The notes under the pieces are model-generated. The model saw only the letters and a program-made list of their open reading frames with translations. It searched no databases and was not told where the DNA came from. Shown here piece after piece: positions 20,224-31,184 of a stretch of DNA of 64,000 nt (positions are counted from its first letter, which is position 1; each line of letters opens with the position of its first letter). The stretch comes from a bacterium. GTDB lineage: Bacteria; Patescibacteriota; Minisyncoccia; UBA6257; GWB1-50-10. The position numbers and the translations under genes were made by a program. The stretch is taken from assembly GCA_021815205.1 (NCBI GenBank), contig JAKAHD010000003.1, positions 27,239 through 91,238 on the forward strand. Direction: 5' to 3'.

Positions 20224-20640
20224 ATGACAACGGGAGATGGGGAAAATAGGGTAAACGATTTCTTATATGAAGACGCTTCGTACAAATTACGCGGGTGCGT
20301 TTTTAGAGTATACAACACTTTGGGTTTTGGACATAAGGAGGGCGTGTACCAAAAAGCTCTTGCGGAAGAATTCTTAAAATCGGGTTTAACATTCGAAAGG
20401 GAAAAAACAATTCCCATAATCTATAACGGAAAACAAGTAGGGACATATCGGCCCGATTTCACTATCGAGGGCACCATCATCCTTGAAATCAAAGCGGTTG
20501 AATTTATGCCGAAAAGCTACGAAACGCAACTCGTATATTATCTTAAAGGAACAAATTATAAGCTCGGCTTCCTTGTGAATTTCGGCGCCGCAAAGCTAGA
20601 TATGAGAAGACGAGTCTATACGCCTGCCGTATCAGTGTAA
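20224..20640 (+). CDS. GxxExxY family protein (PD-(D/E)xK-like)
   Basis: RPDF-IE---ILEIKA ... YY(L)K-T-YKLGFLVNFG signature of GxxExxY family. Confidence 0.7.
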   Translation: MTTGDGENRVNDFLYEDASYKLRGCVFRVYNTLGFGHKEGVYQKALAEEFLKSGLTFEREKTIPIIYNGKQVGTYRPDFTIEGTIILEIKAVEFMPKSYETQLVYYLKGTNYKLGFLVNFGAAKLDMRRRVYTPAVSV

Positions 20641-20662
20641 ATCAGCTTGCAATCAGCGGAAA

Positions 20663-23248
20663 TCAGTTAGGAAAAACCTGAATATTGGAATTACTCCCAC
20701 TTGAAGGTGATGTCGGGGAAGGCAACTGAATCCCCAGCTGATTGAACACGGGCTCGAGCTGGGACCACATCGGGGTCGCGCGGAGATCAATTTCCTTCGC
20801 GAGCGCTTCGAAGGCGGCTTTTGCCTCCGCGTTCTTCCCCCAGAGGTAGTACGCGACCGCGATCTTCAGCCGTATCTCGTTATGTTGGTTCGCACCCTGC
20901 GCCATCGCAAGCGCCTGGGTGTAATATCCGATCGCCGCGCCGTACTTCTGCTCCTCGTCGCCGAGAATATCCCCGAGCGCGGTCGCCTCCTCCACGGAGC
21001 GCGGCACGCGCCCCAACGCCTTCGCCTTCGCGATCTCCGCGTCTCCCGTCTTCGCATCCTTCAACTGGTACGCGAGAAGCCCGAGGAAAAAGTGCGGATC
21101 GCCCGCCTCTGGATTCAGACCCACCGCCGTTTTGAAGGCGTCGTAGGCGCCCTGCGTATCCCCCTCGAGCGCCTTCGTCTTCCCGATCACGTAGTACGTC
21201 TGCTGGCGATTGGGGCTCAACTCGAGTGCTTTTACTTCGAGCTCGCTCGCCTCTTTCAGATAGTTCGGGTTGAACGTATGAAACGTGTTCTTCACTTCCG
21301 CAAGCGTATCATAAAAGAGATAGTTCTTCGGATGATCGTCGACGACCGCCTGCATTTCGTCCACGACTTTCTTCTGGAGTGTCTGTATGTTGGGAAACTG
21401 GATGCCACTCTGATATCCTTGATTGATCACGCCCTCGAAGGTGAGCCGAATGTCATCGCGATACGGTGTCGGAACCGCAAGCGCCTCCTGCGCCGCACCG
21501 AGCGACTCCGGAATCATCCGGTTCAAGTAATAATTCGGAATCCAGTACTCCCTTCCCGCGCCGTACACCATCTGCCAGTTTAGAAAGATCACGGGGATGA
21601 GAGAGAGCACGAGGAATGGATATGCGAATGGCACAGATTTCCGCTGATTCTCTTGGACGCTGATTGATGCCGATTGGGCTGATTGATGCCGATACGCCGA
21701 ATCAATGAAGGCGATCACGAGAAAGAACATGAGGTACGTGCCGATCGTGTCGAAGATTACGAGATTCCGGACGAAGTATGCCGCGAGCATACCGAGAAGA
21801 ACGATACGTAGCCGATTACCGCTGATTGTAAGCTGATTACCACTGATTCCTCCGATGCCGCGGATTTTCAGAAGCTCATAGAGGAGCGTTACCCACACGC
21901 CGAGGTAGGCGAGGAGGCCCGCGATGCCGCCCGTAATCGCGTACTCGATAAGGACATTGTGCGGCTTGTCCCAGTAGGTTTCGCCGAAGGTGTTTGTGAG
22001 CAGCGCGGGGTTGTAGTGCTTCTGGAACGCGAGATTGAAGTTCTCCCATCCGAACCCGAATACGGGATGCGCCGGGAACGATTCCGCGGCGCTCTGCCAC
22101 GCGAGGAGGCGGTTCTCGAACTCGTTCCGCACCGTCCTAAAGTTTTGAATGCGATCGAGGCCCGGCACGTGGGACCAGAAAGATGCGCTACGGGTGAAAT
22201 AAAAAATACTGCCGAGGGCAATTACAATTACCAAGACGATGAGCCAGGGATTCTTGTAGACGGATGACCGCTGATTGCTTGCTGATTGCCGCTGATTCTC
22301 CATGACGGATGACCGCTGATTGCTTGCTGATTGCCGCTGATTCTCCATGACGGATGACCGCTGATTGCTTGCTGATTGCCGCTGATTCTCCATGACGGAT
22401 GACCGCTGATTGCTAGCTGATTGATGCTGATACCGGACGGCAAGAAGAAGAATGATAAGCAATAATCCCGCGAGGAGTCCCGCGATGTCGCCGCGGGTCT
22501 GGGTTTTGAAAATTGCCACTACATCCACCAAAGAGATACAAAGGTAGAGCCACCTATCCCTCACTCTTGATACCAGTTGAGGCCTACTATTCTGGACGCT
22601 GATTGATGCTGATTGGGCTGATTGATGCTGATCCATAAAAAGATGGATCCCAATGAAGACGTTAAAGAGTAGGTAGCCCGCGAGGAAGGTGGGGTTGCCG
22701 AACGAGGAGCCGGGGCGGGCGATCCCCTGCTCCAGAAAGAGATCATTCACGAAGGGAACGAAGGAAAAAAGAGCGCCCAGGGCGGCGGCGAGACTTGTCC
22801 ACACGCTCACGCGCCACACCTTTTTCCAGTCGATCGCGTCGCCAAGCGACGAGAGCGCGAGAAAGAGGAGCGCGAAGAACCAGAGCGAGACGACTCCCAA
22901 GGTGCGCGTCTCCTGCGACCATAAGCTGTTCAAAAGATCCTCGCCGAGGAACGCGGAGATCGTGAGAACGGACATAAAGACAAGCACTCCTATGGTGAGG
23001 GGGGTGAAGCGCACCCCCACGGATGACCGCTGATTGCGTGCTGATTGCCGCTGATTGCTAGCTGATGACCGCTGATAAAAAACAAGGGCGAGCCACAAAA
23101 GGATGATGATGCCCGTGAAGGACTGGAAGAGCGCGGTCTTTACGACGATAAAGGGGTTCATCGTCCACTTCCAGAAAAAAAGCGGGACGAGGACGACCAT
23201 TGAGTAGAGGCAACCTCTGATAATTTTGAGAACTGAGTTTTCGGACAT
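20663..23248 (-). CDS. O-antigen ligase-like membrane protein with C-terminal TPR domain and internal 15-aa tandem repeats
   Basis: Multi-TM N-terminal region with GFGWENF motif; C-terminal TPR repeats; MENQRQSASNQRSSV x3 encoded by perfect 45-bp DNA repeats. Confidence 0.65.
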   Translation of the reverse strand: MSENSVLKIIRGCLYSMVVLVPLFFWKWTMNPFIVVKTALFQSFTGIIILLWLALVFYQRSSASNQRQSARNQRSSVGVRFTPLTIGVLVFMSVLTISAFLGEDLLNSLWSQETRTLGVVSLWFFALLFLALSSLGDAIDWKKVWRVSVWTSLAAALGALFSFVPFVNDLFLEQGIARPGSSFGNPTFLAGYLLFNVFIGIHLFMDQHQSAQSASISVQNSRPQLVSRVRDRWLYLCISLVDVVAIFKTQTRGDIAGLLAGLLLIILLLAVRYQHQSASNQRSSVMENQRQSASNQRSSVMENQRQSASNQRSSVMENQRQSASNQRSSVYKNPWLIVLVIVIALGSIFYFTRSASFWSHVPGLDRIQNFRTVRNEFENRLLAWQSAAESFPAHPVFGFGWENFNLAFQKHYNPALLTNTFGETYWDKPHNVLIEYAITGGIAGLLAYLGVWVTLLYELLKIRGIGGISGNQLTISGNRLRIVLLGMLAAYFVRNLVIFDTIGTYLMFFLVIAFIDSAYRHQSAQSASISVQENQRKSVPFAYPFLVLSLIPVIFLNWQMVYGAGREYWIPNYYLNRMIPESLGAAQEALAVPTPYRDDIRLTFEGVINQGYQSGIQFPNIQTLQKKVVDEMQAVVDDHPKNYLFYDTLAEVKNTFHTFNPNYLKEASELEVKALELSPNRQQTYYVIGKTKALEGDTQGAYDAFKTAVGLNPEAGDPHFFLGLLAYQLKDAKTGDAEIAKAKALGRVPRSVEEATALGDILGDEEQKYGAAIGYYTQALAMAQGANQHNEIRLKIAVAYYLWGKNAEAKAAFEALAKEIDLRATPMWSQLEPVFNQLGIQLPSPTSPSSGSNSNIQVFPN
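22261..22420 (-). repeat. Perfect 45-bp tandem repeat x3 plus partial 4th (CTGATTG-rich), in-frame in CDS
   Basis: ggatgaccgctgattgcttgctgattgccgctgattctccatgac repeated head-to-tail with 100% identity. Confidence 0.95.
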
Positions 23249-23368
23249 GAGTACAGATTAACATTGATTTCTTCTCCTGTCATTTTTGGGGACGCGGATT
23301 TATGCTGATTTCACTGATTTATGCCGATACGACATCAGCACCCATCAGCCTTATCAGCATCTATCAGC

Positions 23369-23403
23369 GAAACAACCCCGACCGAAGTCGGGGTTGTTTT
23401 TAC
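23369..23403. terminator. Intrinsic terminator hairpin (aaacaaccccgac/gtcggggttgttt) with T-run
   Basis: 13-bp perfect stem, 4-nt loop, TTTTT; immediately 3' of surface protein gene. Confidence 0.6.
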
Positions 23404-23424
23404 TCCAAACTAAGAGGAAGTTTC

Positions 23425-26400
23425 CTAGTTGGTGTACGTGACGTGCGCCAGGTTCAAGGGGACGCTCACGTCGCTTGAAAGATTCAAGCCGTTTGCCGTC
23501 GAGCCCGAAACCGCGCCGTCGCCCCAGTTCACGTCAGTCGCCGCATTCAAGTTGACATCCATGGACTGGCCAAGGTTCGCCGAGACAAAGTAGTTCGACG
23601 AGTCAACCTTGATCGCTACTCCCTTCGTGGAACCCGATGAAACCGGAGTTCCCGTGAAGGAGAACGTTACCGAGCAGGAGTTCCCCGTCGGCGTGCAGGA
23701 TTGCTGGGAAGAACCATCGTATGCCGATCCCGTTGAAGGATCGATGAGGTTCACGTTGAAGGCGCTTGCGGTCGAGAGCGCACCACCCACGAACCGGAGG
23801 GACAAGGTGTTTACCTTGACTTCCTGGCCCGAAGGATCAGCGCTGATCTTCAAGCAACCCACATAGTCGGTCGTCGTCCTCGAGCGAGCGGTTGTGGAAC
23901 CGCCGGTGTAGCTTCCGCACGCGCTATCCGAACCAAGCGAGGTACCCGCAAGCGTGAGCTTGCTCCTCAAGGTTGTGAGGGTCGCGAAGGAAGGCGTACC
24001 GGTTACCGTCACCGAGGTGTTCGATGACTTGCCGTACGCTACGACGCTCGAAGTCGCCGAAATCGCGATCGAGGTGGTTGCATTTTCAATACTGCCACCG
24101 CCGACCACGAACGGAGCCACGTTACCGCGAAGCTCTACCGCGAGTGTTCCGGCCTGCGGCACCGTAAGGGTCGCCGCCGTGCCGAAGTTGAAGTCAGCCA
24201 CGAACGAAGGAGCCGCACTCGTCATCGAGACGGGACCCGCGCCAGCAATGGCGTTTCCGTTCGCATCATAGAGCTGCAAGTTGGTGAACGCAGCGCCGAC
24301 CGAGGATCCGGTATTCAAGTTAAACTTGATTTCCTGGAGCCGGATCGGTTCGATGCCGGCCGTATCGGTCAAGAGAATCTTCCCCAAGCTTACGCCCGTC
24401 GAACCCAAAACCACCTGGCGCGACGCGCCGGAGTTGTTGTTTGAGATCGTAAGCGTAGGACCGGTAGATACCGTAACCGTCTGGCCCGCCGGCGTACCGC
24501 TGCAGGAGACACTGGTGTTTGTAGTCGCACCGGTTCCCGTGCAGGAGACGAACGACGTCACCGAGCCCATCGCACCGGTATTCGTGGTCAAGATATCCGC
24601 ATAGATATCGACAACCGCGGTACCGCCCACCGGGACAGCAAAGTTGTTGCCCGAGAAGGTGTAGTTTCCAGACGAGAGCGTGCTGTAGGTCGAGCCGACC
24701 TTGGTCGATCCGATCATCGCTTTCAAGTTCTGGAAGTTCGTGGACGAGGAGTTCACGCTCACCGTGAAGTTCGAGACGTTCACGCCTTCAGCCGAAGACG
24801 CCGTGAAGACATACGAGCCGATCTTTACGGCTGATGCACCCTTCGCGTACGTCTGGTTCGCGAACGCGCCGTTCTTCGTCACCGTAAGAGGCGTCGTAGA
24901 AAGCGTGAGCGCGGAACCGGTCGCCGAGCCGCTCGAGCTCGTCTGGCTTGAGGTCAAGCCCTGCAAGTTCGAGGAGTTGCCCGGCAAGCTTGCCGTCACG
25001 GTCGTGAAGTCGGCGCCGGTCTGTACGTCAGCCCTTACCGAGATCACGCGAGTCGTGTTCGCGGGAATCGTGTAGACGATCGGCGAACCGCTCGTGCCGA
25101 AGTGGCACGTAACGTTATTCGCATCGGTCAAGGTACACGCGCCGCTATTCGAGGAGGTGGTGCCTCCCGTCGTCGAGATCGTGGTACCGATCTGGTTCCC
25201 TTGATCGTCAACGAGACGAAGGTTCTGAAGATCGGTATCAAAGCCCGCAGAGCTCGCGGTATTCCAGTTGTGCGTACCGCCGGTCTTCGTGAGCTTCACA
25301 TCCAAGAACTTGATCTTTACGGCTTCACCCGCCGCGTAAATATCGAATTTCGCGAGGGTCGTACCCGATCCGCCGAGCGCGATATTGCCCGTCGGGGTCG
25401 CGGTATCGACAGAAGTCGTAATCTGTCCCTGGTTGATTGTGACTGACACACCGGAACCGCCGTTTACGGTTACGGAGACAGGAACGTTGTACTGCGTGTC
25501 TACCGCATAGATATCGTACGAGTTCAAGAGCTCGAACTGGAAGTTAAAGCTCGGGGAACCCATGATATCGGCATAGATCTGGATATTGTTCGATCCGGTC
25601 TGAAGCTTTACGGGAGACGCGGAGAAATCGAAGTACGCGGAGCCGTCAGATGCGACGGAAGCCAAGGTCGAGCCGACCTGATTGCCGTTCACCATAAACT
25701 TCACGTTCTTCAAATCGGTCTTCGTCGCGGAGCCAACCACCTTGAAGTTCACCGAGGTGAGGTTTACCGGGCTGTTGTTCACAGTCGCGGTCCACTGCGA
25801 GGCCAATACGCCGGTTGTGCCGGCATATACCGTCGTACCGACCGAGGACGATGCAAAGGTTACCGATGCAATCGAGGGGTTCGATACGGATGTGACGGTG
25901 AAGGTGTTGCCGTTCAACGGGAACGCGCCCGAGGCGGTTACCGCGGCATTCGTGGCATCCGTCGCCGTCACGTCGCTTGCGCCGGTCATCGCGAACGAGA
26001 TCGTGTTTCCCGCCGAGAGATTCGTTGCCGGATCAATCGCGAGCGTCAAGTTCACGGTCTGACCTGCCGCAATATTCAAGGCAATTCCGGAGAAATCAAC
26101 CACGCCGGCATTCACCGAGGTGTATTGATAGAGTACCTTGCCGTTCTGGACGAGGTACGCGCCCGAGATTGCCGAATCGGCTACTACGCCGGTCTTGTGG
26201 AACTTCAAGTCCGTGACCGTTACGCCGCTCGCGGTGCCCGCGGTTAAGTTCACCGCAAGTACCGGAACGCGAGCCGCCGCCGAAGAGGCGCTCGAAATCA
26301 ACGCACCCGAGGCGGGATTGTTCGAGGCAACACTTACCACGAGTCCGGAAGCCGGAGCTGTAGGACCAGGCGTCGGTGTTGGCGTCGGGGTTACTACCGC

Positions 26401-26832
26401 CGAAGCATTCACGACTGCCCGAGTTTTAGGCCCGAAGTAGCCGACCGAGGGGGTGATACCCTTTGCCGCCTGATATTTCGCGAGAGCTGCTTTGGTGGCA
26501 GGACCGAAGTATTCGGTTTCCATGCCCTTCGAGCCGGCGCCCGTCGCGGCAACGGTGTATCCGTTTGCGTTCAAGAACTGCTGCAAGGCCTTTACGTCAG
26601 CTCCTTTGCTTCCAAGGGTGAGGTCCTTAGAGAAGGTGTAGGAAGAAGTCGTGTTTCCTTGTGCAGCATTCAACTGCGCCTGCAAGGTCTGGATCTGCGC
26701 CAAGAGCGCGGCGATCTGGGCCTGCAAGTCTGAGGTTGTAGCTGCGGAGGCCGAAAGGACCGAACCACCGAACCATGCGGCGGTCGCGATCGCGAGACCT
26801 ACTGCAGCTGCTTTTCGACTAAAATTACTCAT
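23425..26832 (-). CDS. Large secreted surface protein: signal peptide, coiled coil, peptidoglycan-binding domain, long Thr/Ser/Gly/Val-rich beta-repeat region
   Basis: N-terminal signal peptide ending ASA; LQAQIAALLAQIQTLQAQL coiled coil; PG_binding_1-like GSKGADVKALQQFLNANGY...AKYQAAKG; about 900 aa low-complexity T/S/G/V. Confidence 0.7.
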   Translation of the reverse strand: MSNFSRKAAAVGLAIATAAWFGGSVLSASAATTSDLQAQIAALLAQIQTLQAQLNAAQGNTTSSYTFSKDLTLGSKGADVKALQQFLNANGYTVAATGAGSKGMETEYFGPATKAALAKYQAAKGITPSVGYFGPKTRAVVNASAVVTPTPTPTPGPTAPASGLVVSVASNNPASGALISSASSAAARVPVLAVNLTAGTASGVTVTDLKFHKTGVVADSAISGAYLVQNGKVLYQYTSVNAGVVDFSGIALNIAAGQTVNLTLAIDPATNLSAGNTISFAMTGASDVTATDATNAAVTASGAFPLNGNTFTVTSVSNPSIASVTFASSSVGTTVYAGTTGVLASQWTATVNNSPVNLTSVNFKVVGSATKTDLKNVKFMVNGNQVGSTLASVASDGSAYFDFSASPVKLQTGSNNIQIYADIMGSPSFNFQFELLNSYDIYAVDTQYNVPVSVTVNGGSGVSVTINQGQITTSVDTATPTGNIALGGSGTTLAKFDIYAAGEAVKIKFLDVKLTKTGGTHNWNTASSAGFDTDLQNLRLVDDQGNQIGTTISTTGGTTSSNSGACTLTDANNVTCHFGTSGSPIVYTIPANTTRVISVRADVQTGADFTTVTASLPGNSSNLQGLTSSQTSSSGSATGSALTLSTTPLTVTKNGAFANQTYAKGASAVKIGSYVFTASSAEGVNVSNFTVSVNSSSTNFQNLKAMIGSTKVGSTYSTLSSGNYTFSGNNFAVPVGGTAVVDIYADILTTNTGAMGSVTSFVSCTGTGATTNTSVSCSGTPAGQTVTVSTGPTLTISNNNSGASRQVVLGSTGVSLGKILLTDTAGIEPIRLQEIKFNLNTGSSVGAAFTNLQLYDANGNAIAGAGPVSMTSAAPSFVADFNFGTAATLTVPQAGTLAVELRGNVAPFVVGGGSIENATTSIAISATSSVVAYGKSSNTSVTVTGTPSFATLTTLRSKLTLAGTSLGSDSACGSYTGGSTTARSRTTTDYVGCLKISADPSGQEVKVNTLSLRFVGGALSTASAFNVNLIDPSTGSAYDGSSQQSCTPTGNSCSVTFSFTGTPVSSGSTKGVAIKVDSSNYFVSANLGQSMDVNLNAATDVNWGDGAVSGSTANGLNLSSDVSVPLNLAHVTYTN

Positions 26833-27625
26833 TTTCTATTTTCTGAACACTTCCCCATACTGCCATAAATTGCTCGTCCTTATGCGCCGTATGAAGATTT
26901 GTTCTTTTGTTTGTTCGACAATTTTGTTTTTCTGTTCGGTCATGGCACGTCTTTTTCCGTGCCAGCCGCCGACCTTTGGGGTTTCAGGAACGTCATGCGC
27001 CTCCCTTTTCGACCCGCGCCTTGTGAGGTTAGGTGGCGGAAGAAGAGGAGATGACGGGTAGTATCTAACTGAAATTTTTAATTCCTAATTTTTAATTTCT
27101 AAACCCGAATTAAAAACTGGGATCCTGCATAACAAAAATCTCGCTTGTGGAGCGAGATTGTAAAACTCATGAATACACAGAACACCTCCGGCAGAGACAT
27201 CCGTCGCCAAATCGAGCTATTCAGCAAGGGGTGACTCAGCCAAAGGGCCGCGTGCTTCATCAGTTTGGCCTCACTCCAAACTAATTGATGCCTTCGTCGT
27301 TATCAGTATACATCAGCTCACATCAGCACTATCAGCGTCAAGAACTCAATAGAGATGGGACGCCGATACATGGCCGATAAGGCCGATACATACTGAACTT
27401 GACAGTATGATTATACCAAATTACAGCTCTTTTCGGAAGATTGCAAGAAGATCCCTCTCTCTCGTCGTGGCGGTATACTACCTATAACGAAGATGCCCCC
27501 TCCCCGTTACGGGGGCATACAGATTTTCACAGATCTACAACAGATGCTCACGGATCACAAAATAACTACGAACCGATGTATCTGTGATCCGCGAAAATCC
27601 GCAGTCATCCGTGCCGATCTGTCGT

Positions 27626-28411
27626 TCAAGGGAGAAACCACGGGGCGGTGGCGAAGAGGATGCTCGAGAATACCGCGAAAAACGTCAGCTGTTTCAGGAT
27701 GAAGGAGAACCCAAGATTCCCCTCAAAGTGGGCAAGAAAGGTATCCCGGAGCATGATGAGAAAGAGAGCGAGAAACGCCCCGGCGCTTATGAAGCCGAGG
27801 GGGAGAAAGAGCGCGAGGGCGGAGACCTCAAGCGCAAGCAGTGCGAACGCGAACGAGAGGAGTCGCACGGTGCGGGGCCTCCCCGCCTCCAAAAACCCGA
27901 ACGCTTCTTTCATAAGAAGCGTAAGAAGAAGCGCCATCCCCCCGAACCAGAAAAAAAGCGGAAAAAAGGACGCATTCCCCAGCGAAGGAGCGTAGAGAAA
28001 AAACTCCGCCATCACGAAGAAAAGTATCCCGCTGTGCACCACACGATACAAAAGCGCGCGGTCCGTAAACGCAAGACGCGAAAGCCCGAGAAGAATATAA
28101 AGCACCGCGCCGTAGAGAAGCGCGATCATTCCCTTCACTATAGAGGGGATAAGAAGCGCGGGAAGGAACGAGACGCTCCAGAACGCGAGGAACGCCGCGA
28201 CCGCGATCGTCCAGAAGGAGACGCGGAGCGCCGTGCGTTCCGGGGGCTCCGAAAAATAAATATACCCGACGAGGGCGAAATATACCGCACCACCCCAGAA
28301 CGAGAACCGAAAAAGGAGCGCGAGGAGAAGCGCAATGACGCCCAGGAGGGCCCTACGCGGCAACCTCCACCCGATTTCCTTTGGTAAGTATGACCGTAGC
28401 TTTGGTGCCAT
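27626..28411 (-). CDS. Hypothetical polytopic membrane protein (start uncertain; overlaps clpB 3' end)
   Basis: About 8 hydrophobic helices; opposite-strand ORF is K/E/R low complexity mirror. Confidence 0.45.
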   Translation of the reverse strand: MAPKLRSYLPKEIGWRLPRRALLGVIALLLALLFRFSFWGGAVYFALVGYIYFSEPPERTALRVSFWTIAVAAFLAFWSVSFLPALLIPSIVKGMIALLYGAVLYILLGLSRLAFTDRALLYRVVHSGILFFVMAEFFLYAPSLGNASFFPLFFWFGGMALLLTLLMKEAFGFLEAGRPRTVRLLSFAFALLALEVSALALFLPLGFISAGAFLALFLIMLRDTFLAHFEGNLGFSFILKQLTFFAVFSSILFATAPWFLP

Positions 28412-31001
28412 CCTTCAGCGATCCCCGAATGATCTTATCCGCCAAGGCGTCGACGATCACCTTCTGGATCATGCGCCGTATGGGGCGCGCGCCGTAATCC
28501 GGGTCGAATCCGTGCGCCACAATGTGCTTCTTGACCTCCGGTGTTATCTGGAGCGCGACCCCTTTTTCGGAGAGGCGCGTCTTCACTTCCTCAAGCTGGA
28601 TATCCACGATTTTTTCGATGTCCTGCGGGGTCAGCGAATTGAAGATGATGATCTCGTCGAGGCGATTCAGAAACTCCGGCTTGAAGGTGTCTCGAAGCGA
28701 ATTCATGACGCGTTCACCGAACTGCTCCTCTTTTTCTTTGAGTTCCTCTCCCGCGTGCCCCACTTTGAATCCCAAGTTCGACATCTCGCGGAAATACTCG
28801 CTTCCCACGTTCGAGGTAAGGATGATGATCGCGTTCTTGAAGTTTGCCACCTTCCCTTTGGAATCGGTGAGCCGTCCGTTATCCAGAACCTGGAGCAGTA
28901 TGTTAAATACCTCGGGGTGCGCTTTTTCGATCTCATCGAAGAGAATCAAGCTGTACGGCCTGTGGCGGATCGTATCCGTAAGCCGACCCCCTTCGTCGTA
29001 CCCCACATAGCCGGGAGGCGAACCGATAAGACGCGACACGGAGTGCCGCTCCATATATTCGGACATATCAATCCGGACGAGCGCCTTTTCGTCATTGAAC
29101 ATAAATTCCGCGAGCGCCCGCGCGAGTTCCGTCTTCCCGACTCCCGTGGGCCCCAGAAACATGAACGACCCCGCGGGGCGATCCTCGTCCGCGAGCCCCG
29201 CCCGCGAGCGGCGCAAGGCGCGCGAGACGGCATTAATCGCCTCTTCTTGTCCCACGACACGGCGCTTCAAGTCTTCCTCGATGCGGGAAAGTTTTTTCAT
29301 CTCGGATTCAAGCATGCGAGACACGGGAATCCCCGTCCAGCGCGAGACGACCGCGGCGATATCCTCCTCGTCAACAACCTCTTTGATAAAATGCTCCCCA
29401 TTTTTCTTTCTCTGTTTTGCATGCTCCTCGATTGCCTTTTCAAACTCCGCGTATTTTTTCGAAAGTTTCGGGATCTCACCATAGCGGATCTCCGCGACGC
29501 GCTCGAAATTGCCTTCGCGCTCGGCGACCTCCGCCGCACGGCGCAGATCTTCAAGCGATGTCCGGAGCGCGTGCAGGGATTCGACGCTCGTTTTCTCTTC
29601 CTCCCACCGCGAGGTAAGCCTCGCGTTTTGATCCTTTAGTTTTTTCAGGTTCCGCGCAACCTCCTTGAGACGAGCGGCTTTCTTCACGTGCTGTTCCTTT
29701 CCGAGCGCGGACTTCTCGATTTCAAGCCGCGTGATGTCCCTTCTTATTTTCTCGAGATCGGCGGGAATGCTGTCGGATTCGAGCCGGCGCGCGGCGGCGG
29801 CCTCATCAATGAGGTCAACCGCCTTGTCGGGAAGAAACCGCTCCGTGATGTAGCGCGCGCCGAGCTGGACCGCGGCCATGATCGCGCCGTCCGTAATCTT
29901 CAAACCATGATGCGTCTCGTACTTCTCTTTGAGGCCCCGCAGGATCGCGATCGAGTCCTCAATCGATGGTTCCTCGACGAAGATCGGCTGGAACCGGCGC
30001 TCGAGCGCGGTATCTTTCTCGATGTACTTCTGGTATTCCTTCAAGGTTGTCGCGCCGATCGCATGCAATTCGCCTCTTGCCAACGCGGGCTTTAACATAT
30101 TCGAGGCGTCGATCGCGCCCTCCGCGGCGCCCGCGCCCACGATCATGTGGATCTCGTCTATGAAGAGGATGATGCGCCCCTGGGATTCGCGCACTTCTTT
30201 CATAAACGCCTTGAACCGATCTTCGAACTCGCCGCGGAATTTTGTCCCCGCGATCAAGGAGCCGAGATCGAGCATCACAATCTCTTTTTCTTTGAGGGAC
30301 TCCGGCACGTCGCCCGAGACGATGCGCTGGGCGAGTCCTTCGACAATCGAGGTCTTCCCGACGCCCGGCTCGCCGATCAAAACGGGATTGTTCTTCGTGC
30401 GGCGCGAAAGAATTTGCATTACGCGGCGAAGCTCATCTTCCCTTCCTATCACGGGGTCAAGCTTCCCTTCGCGCGCCTTATTCGTCACATTCACCGCGTA
30501 CTTTTCGAGCACCTGGAACTTCGACTCGGGCGTCTCATCCGTCACGCGCGTCGCGCCGCGAAGCTCATGGAGCGCGCGCCCGAGCGCGTCTTTCTTCGCG
30601 CCCGAACGGGAGAGGGATTCCTGCGCAAGAGACGGCACGTCTGCAAGCGCGAGCAAGAGATGCTCGCACGAGACGAACTCATCCTTCTGCTTCATCGCAA
30701 TCTCTCCCGCCCTATCCAAGATTCGCATGAGCTCCTGCGAGAGGTAGAGCTGCCCCACCATTCCGTGGGACGCAAAGATCTTCGGAAGCTTCTCGAGGGT
30801 TTTCGCGACCCCGCGTTCAAGATTGGGAAGCTCGACGTTTGCTCTTAGAAGCATGGGGCGCACGAGCGTCGTCTCGTCATCTAAGAGCGCGGCTAAGAGA
30901 TGCAGCGCCTTGAGCTCGCCGTGGTTGTAGCGCGCGACCATCTCCTGCGCGTTCTGAAGCGCTTCTTGCGCCTTGATGGTAAACCGTTGAAAGTTGGGCA
31001 T
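28353..31001 (-). CDS. clpB: ATP-dependent chaperone ClpB
   Basis: Two AAA+ modules with Walker A GEPGVGKT and GPTGVGKT, long coiled-coil middle domain, N-terminal Clp_N repeats. Confidence 0.95.
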   Translation of the reverse strand: MPNFQRFTIKAQEALQNAQEMVARYNHGELKALHLLAALLDDETTLVRPMLLRANVELPNLERGVAKTLEKLPKIFASHGMVGQLYLSQELMRILDRAGEIAMKQKDEFVSCEHLLLALADVPSLAQESLSRSGAKKDALGRALHELRGATRVTDETPESKFQVLEKYAVNVTNKAREGKLDPVIGREDELRRVMQILSRRTKNNPVLIGEPGVGKTSIVEGLAQRIVSGDVPESLKEKEIVMLDLGSLIAGTKFRGEFEDRFKAFMKEVRESQGRIILFIDEIHMIVGAGAAEGAIDASNMLKPALARGELHAIGATTLKEYQKYIEKDTALERRFQPIFVEEPSIEDSIAILRGLKEKYETHHGLKITDGAIMAAVQLGARYITERFLPDKAVDLIDEAAAARRLESDSIPADLEKIRRDITRLEIEKSALGKEQHVKKAARLKEVARNLKKLKDQNARLTSRWEEEKTSVESLHALRTSLEDLRRAAEVAEREGNFERVAEIRYGEIPKLSKKYAEFEKAIEEHAKQRKKNGEHFIKEVVDEEDIAAVVSRWTGIPVSRMLESEMKKLSRIEEDLKRRVVGQEEAINAVSRALRRSRAGLADEDRPAGSFMFLGPTGVGKTELARALAEFMFNDEKALVRIDMSEYMERHSVSRLIGSPPGYVGYDEGGRLTDTIRHRPYSLILFDEIEKAHPEVFNILLQVLDNGRLTDSKGKVANFKNAIIILTSNVGSEYFREMSNLGFKVGHAGEELKEKEEQFGERVMNSLRDTFKPEFLNRLDEIIIFNSLTPQDIEKIVDIQLEEVKTRLSEKGVALQITPEVKKHIVAHGFDPDYGARPIRRMIQKVIVDALADKIIRGSLKDGTKATVILTKGNRVEVAA

Positions 31002-31184
31002 AGGATGAAAATTTTTAATTTAAAATTTGAAATTTTTATTGGATTTTAAAATTGATTAAAAATTAAGAATTTCAAATTAAAAATTAAAACTCTTCAGTTA
31101 TTATAAGGTATCCTACTCCTTTTGGGTAAGATTAGCAAATGGGTACTCTGAGTGCTAATTAACTTCCCCGAGAGATATTGGGGA

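Noticed and set aside
20821-21583. Arg/Pro-rich plus-strand ORFs (104 and 233 aa)
   Set aside because: Antisense to the GC-rich TPR region of the 861-aa membrane protein; composition-driven open frames
22261-22420. Possible CRISPR array (regular short repeats)
   Set aside because: Units are contiguous with no spacers, sit inside an open reading frame and are divisible by three; no cas genes nearby
27584-28387. 267-aa plus-strand ORF, extremely K/E/R-rich
   Set aside because: It is the antisense shadow of a hydrophobic polytopic membrane protein on the minus strand; low-complexity charged translation is the expected mirror artefact
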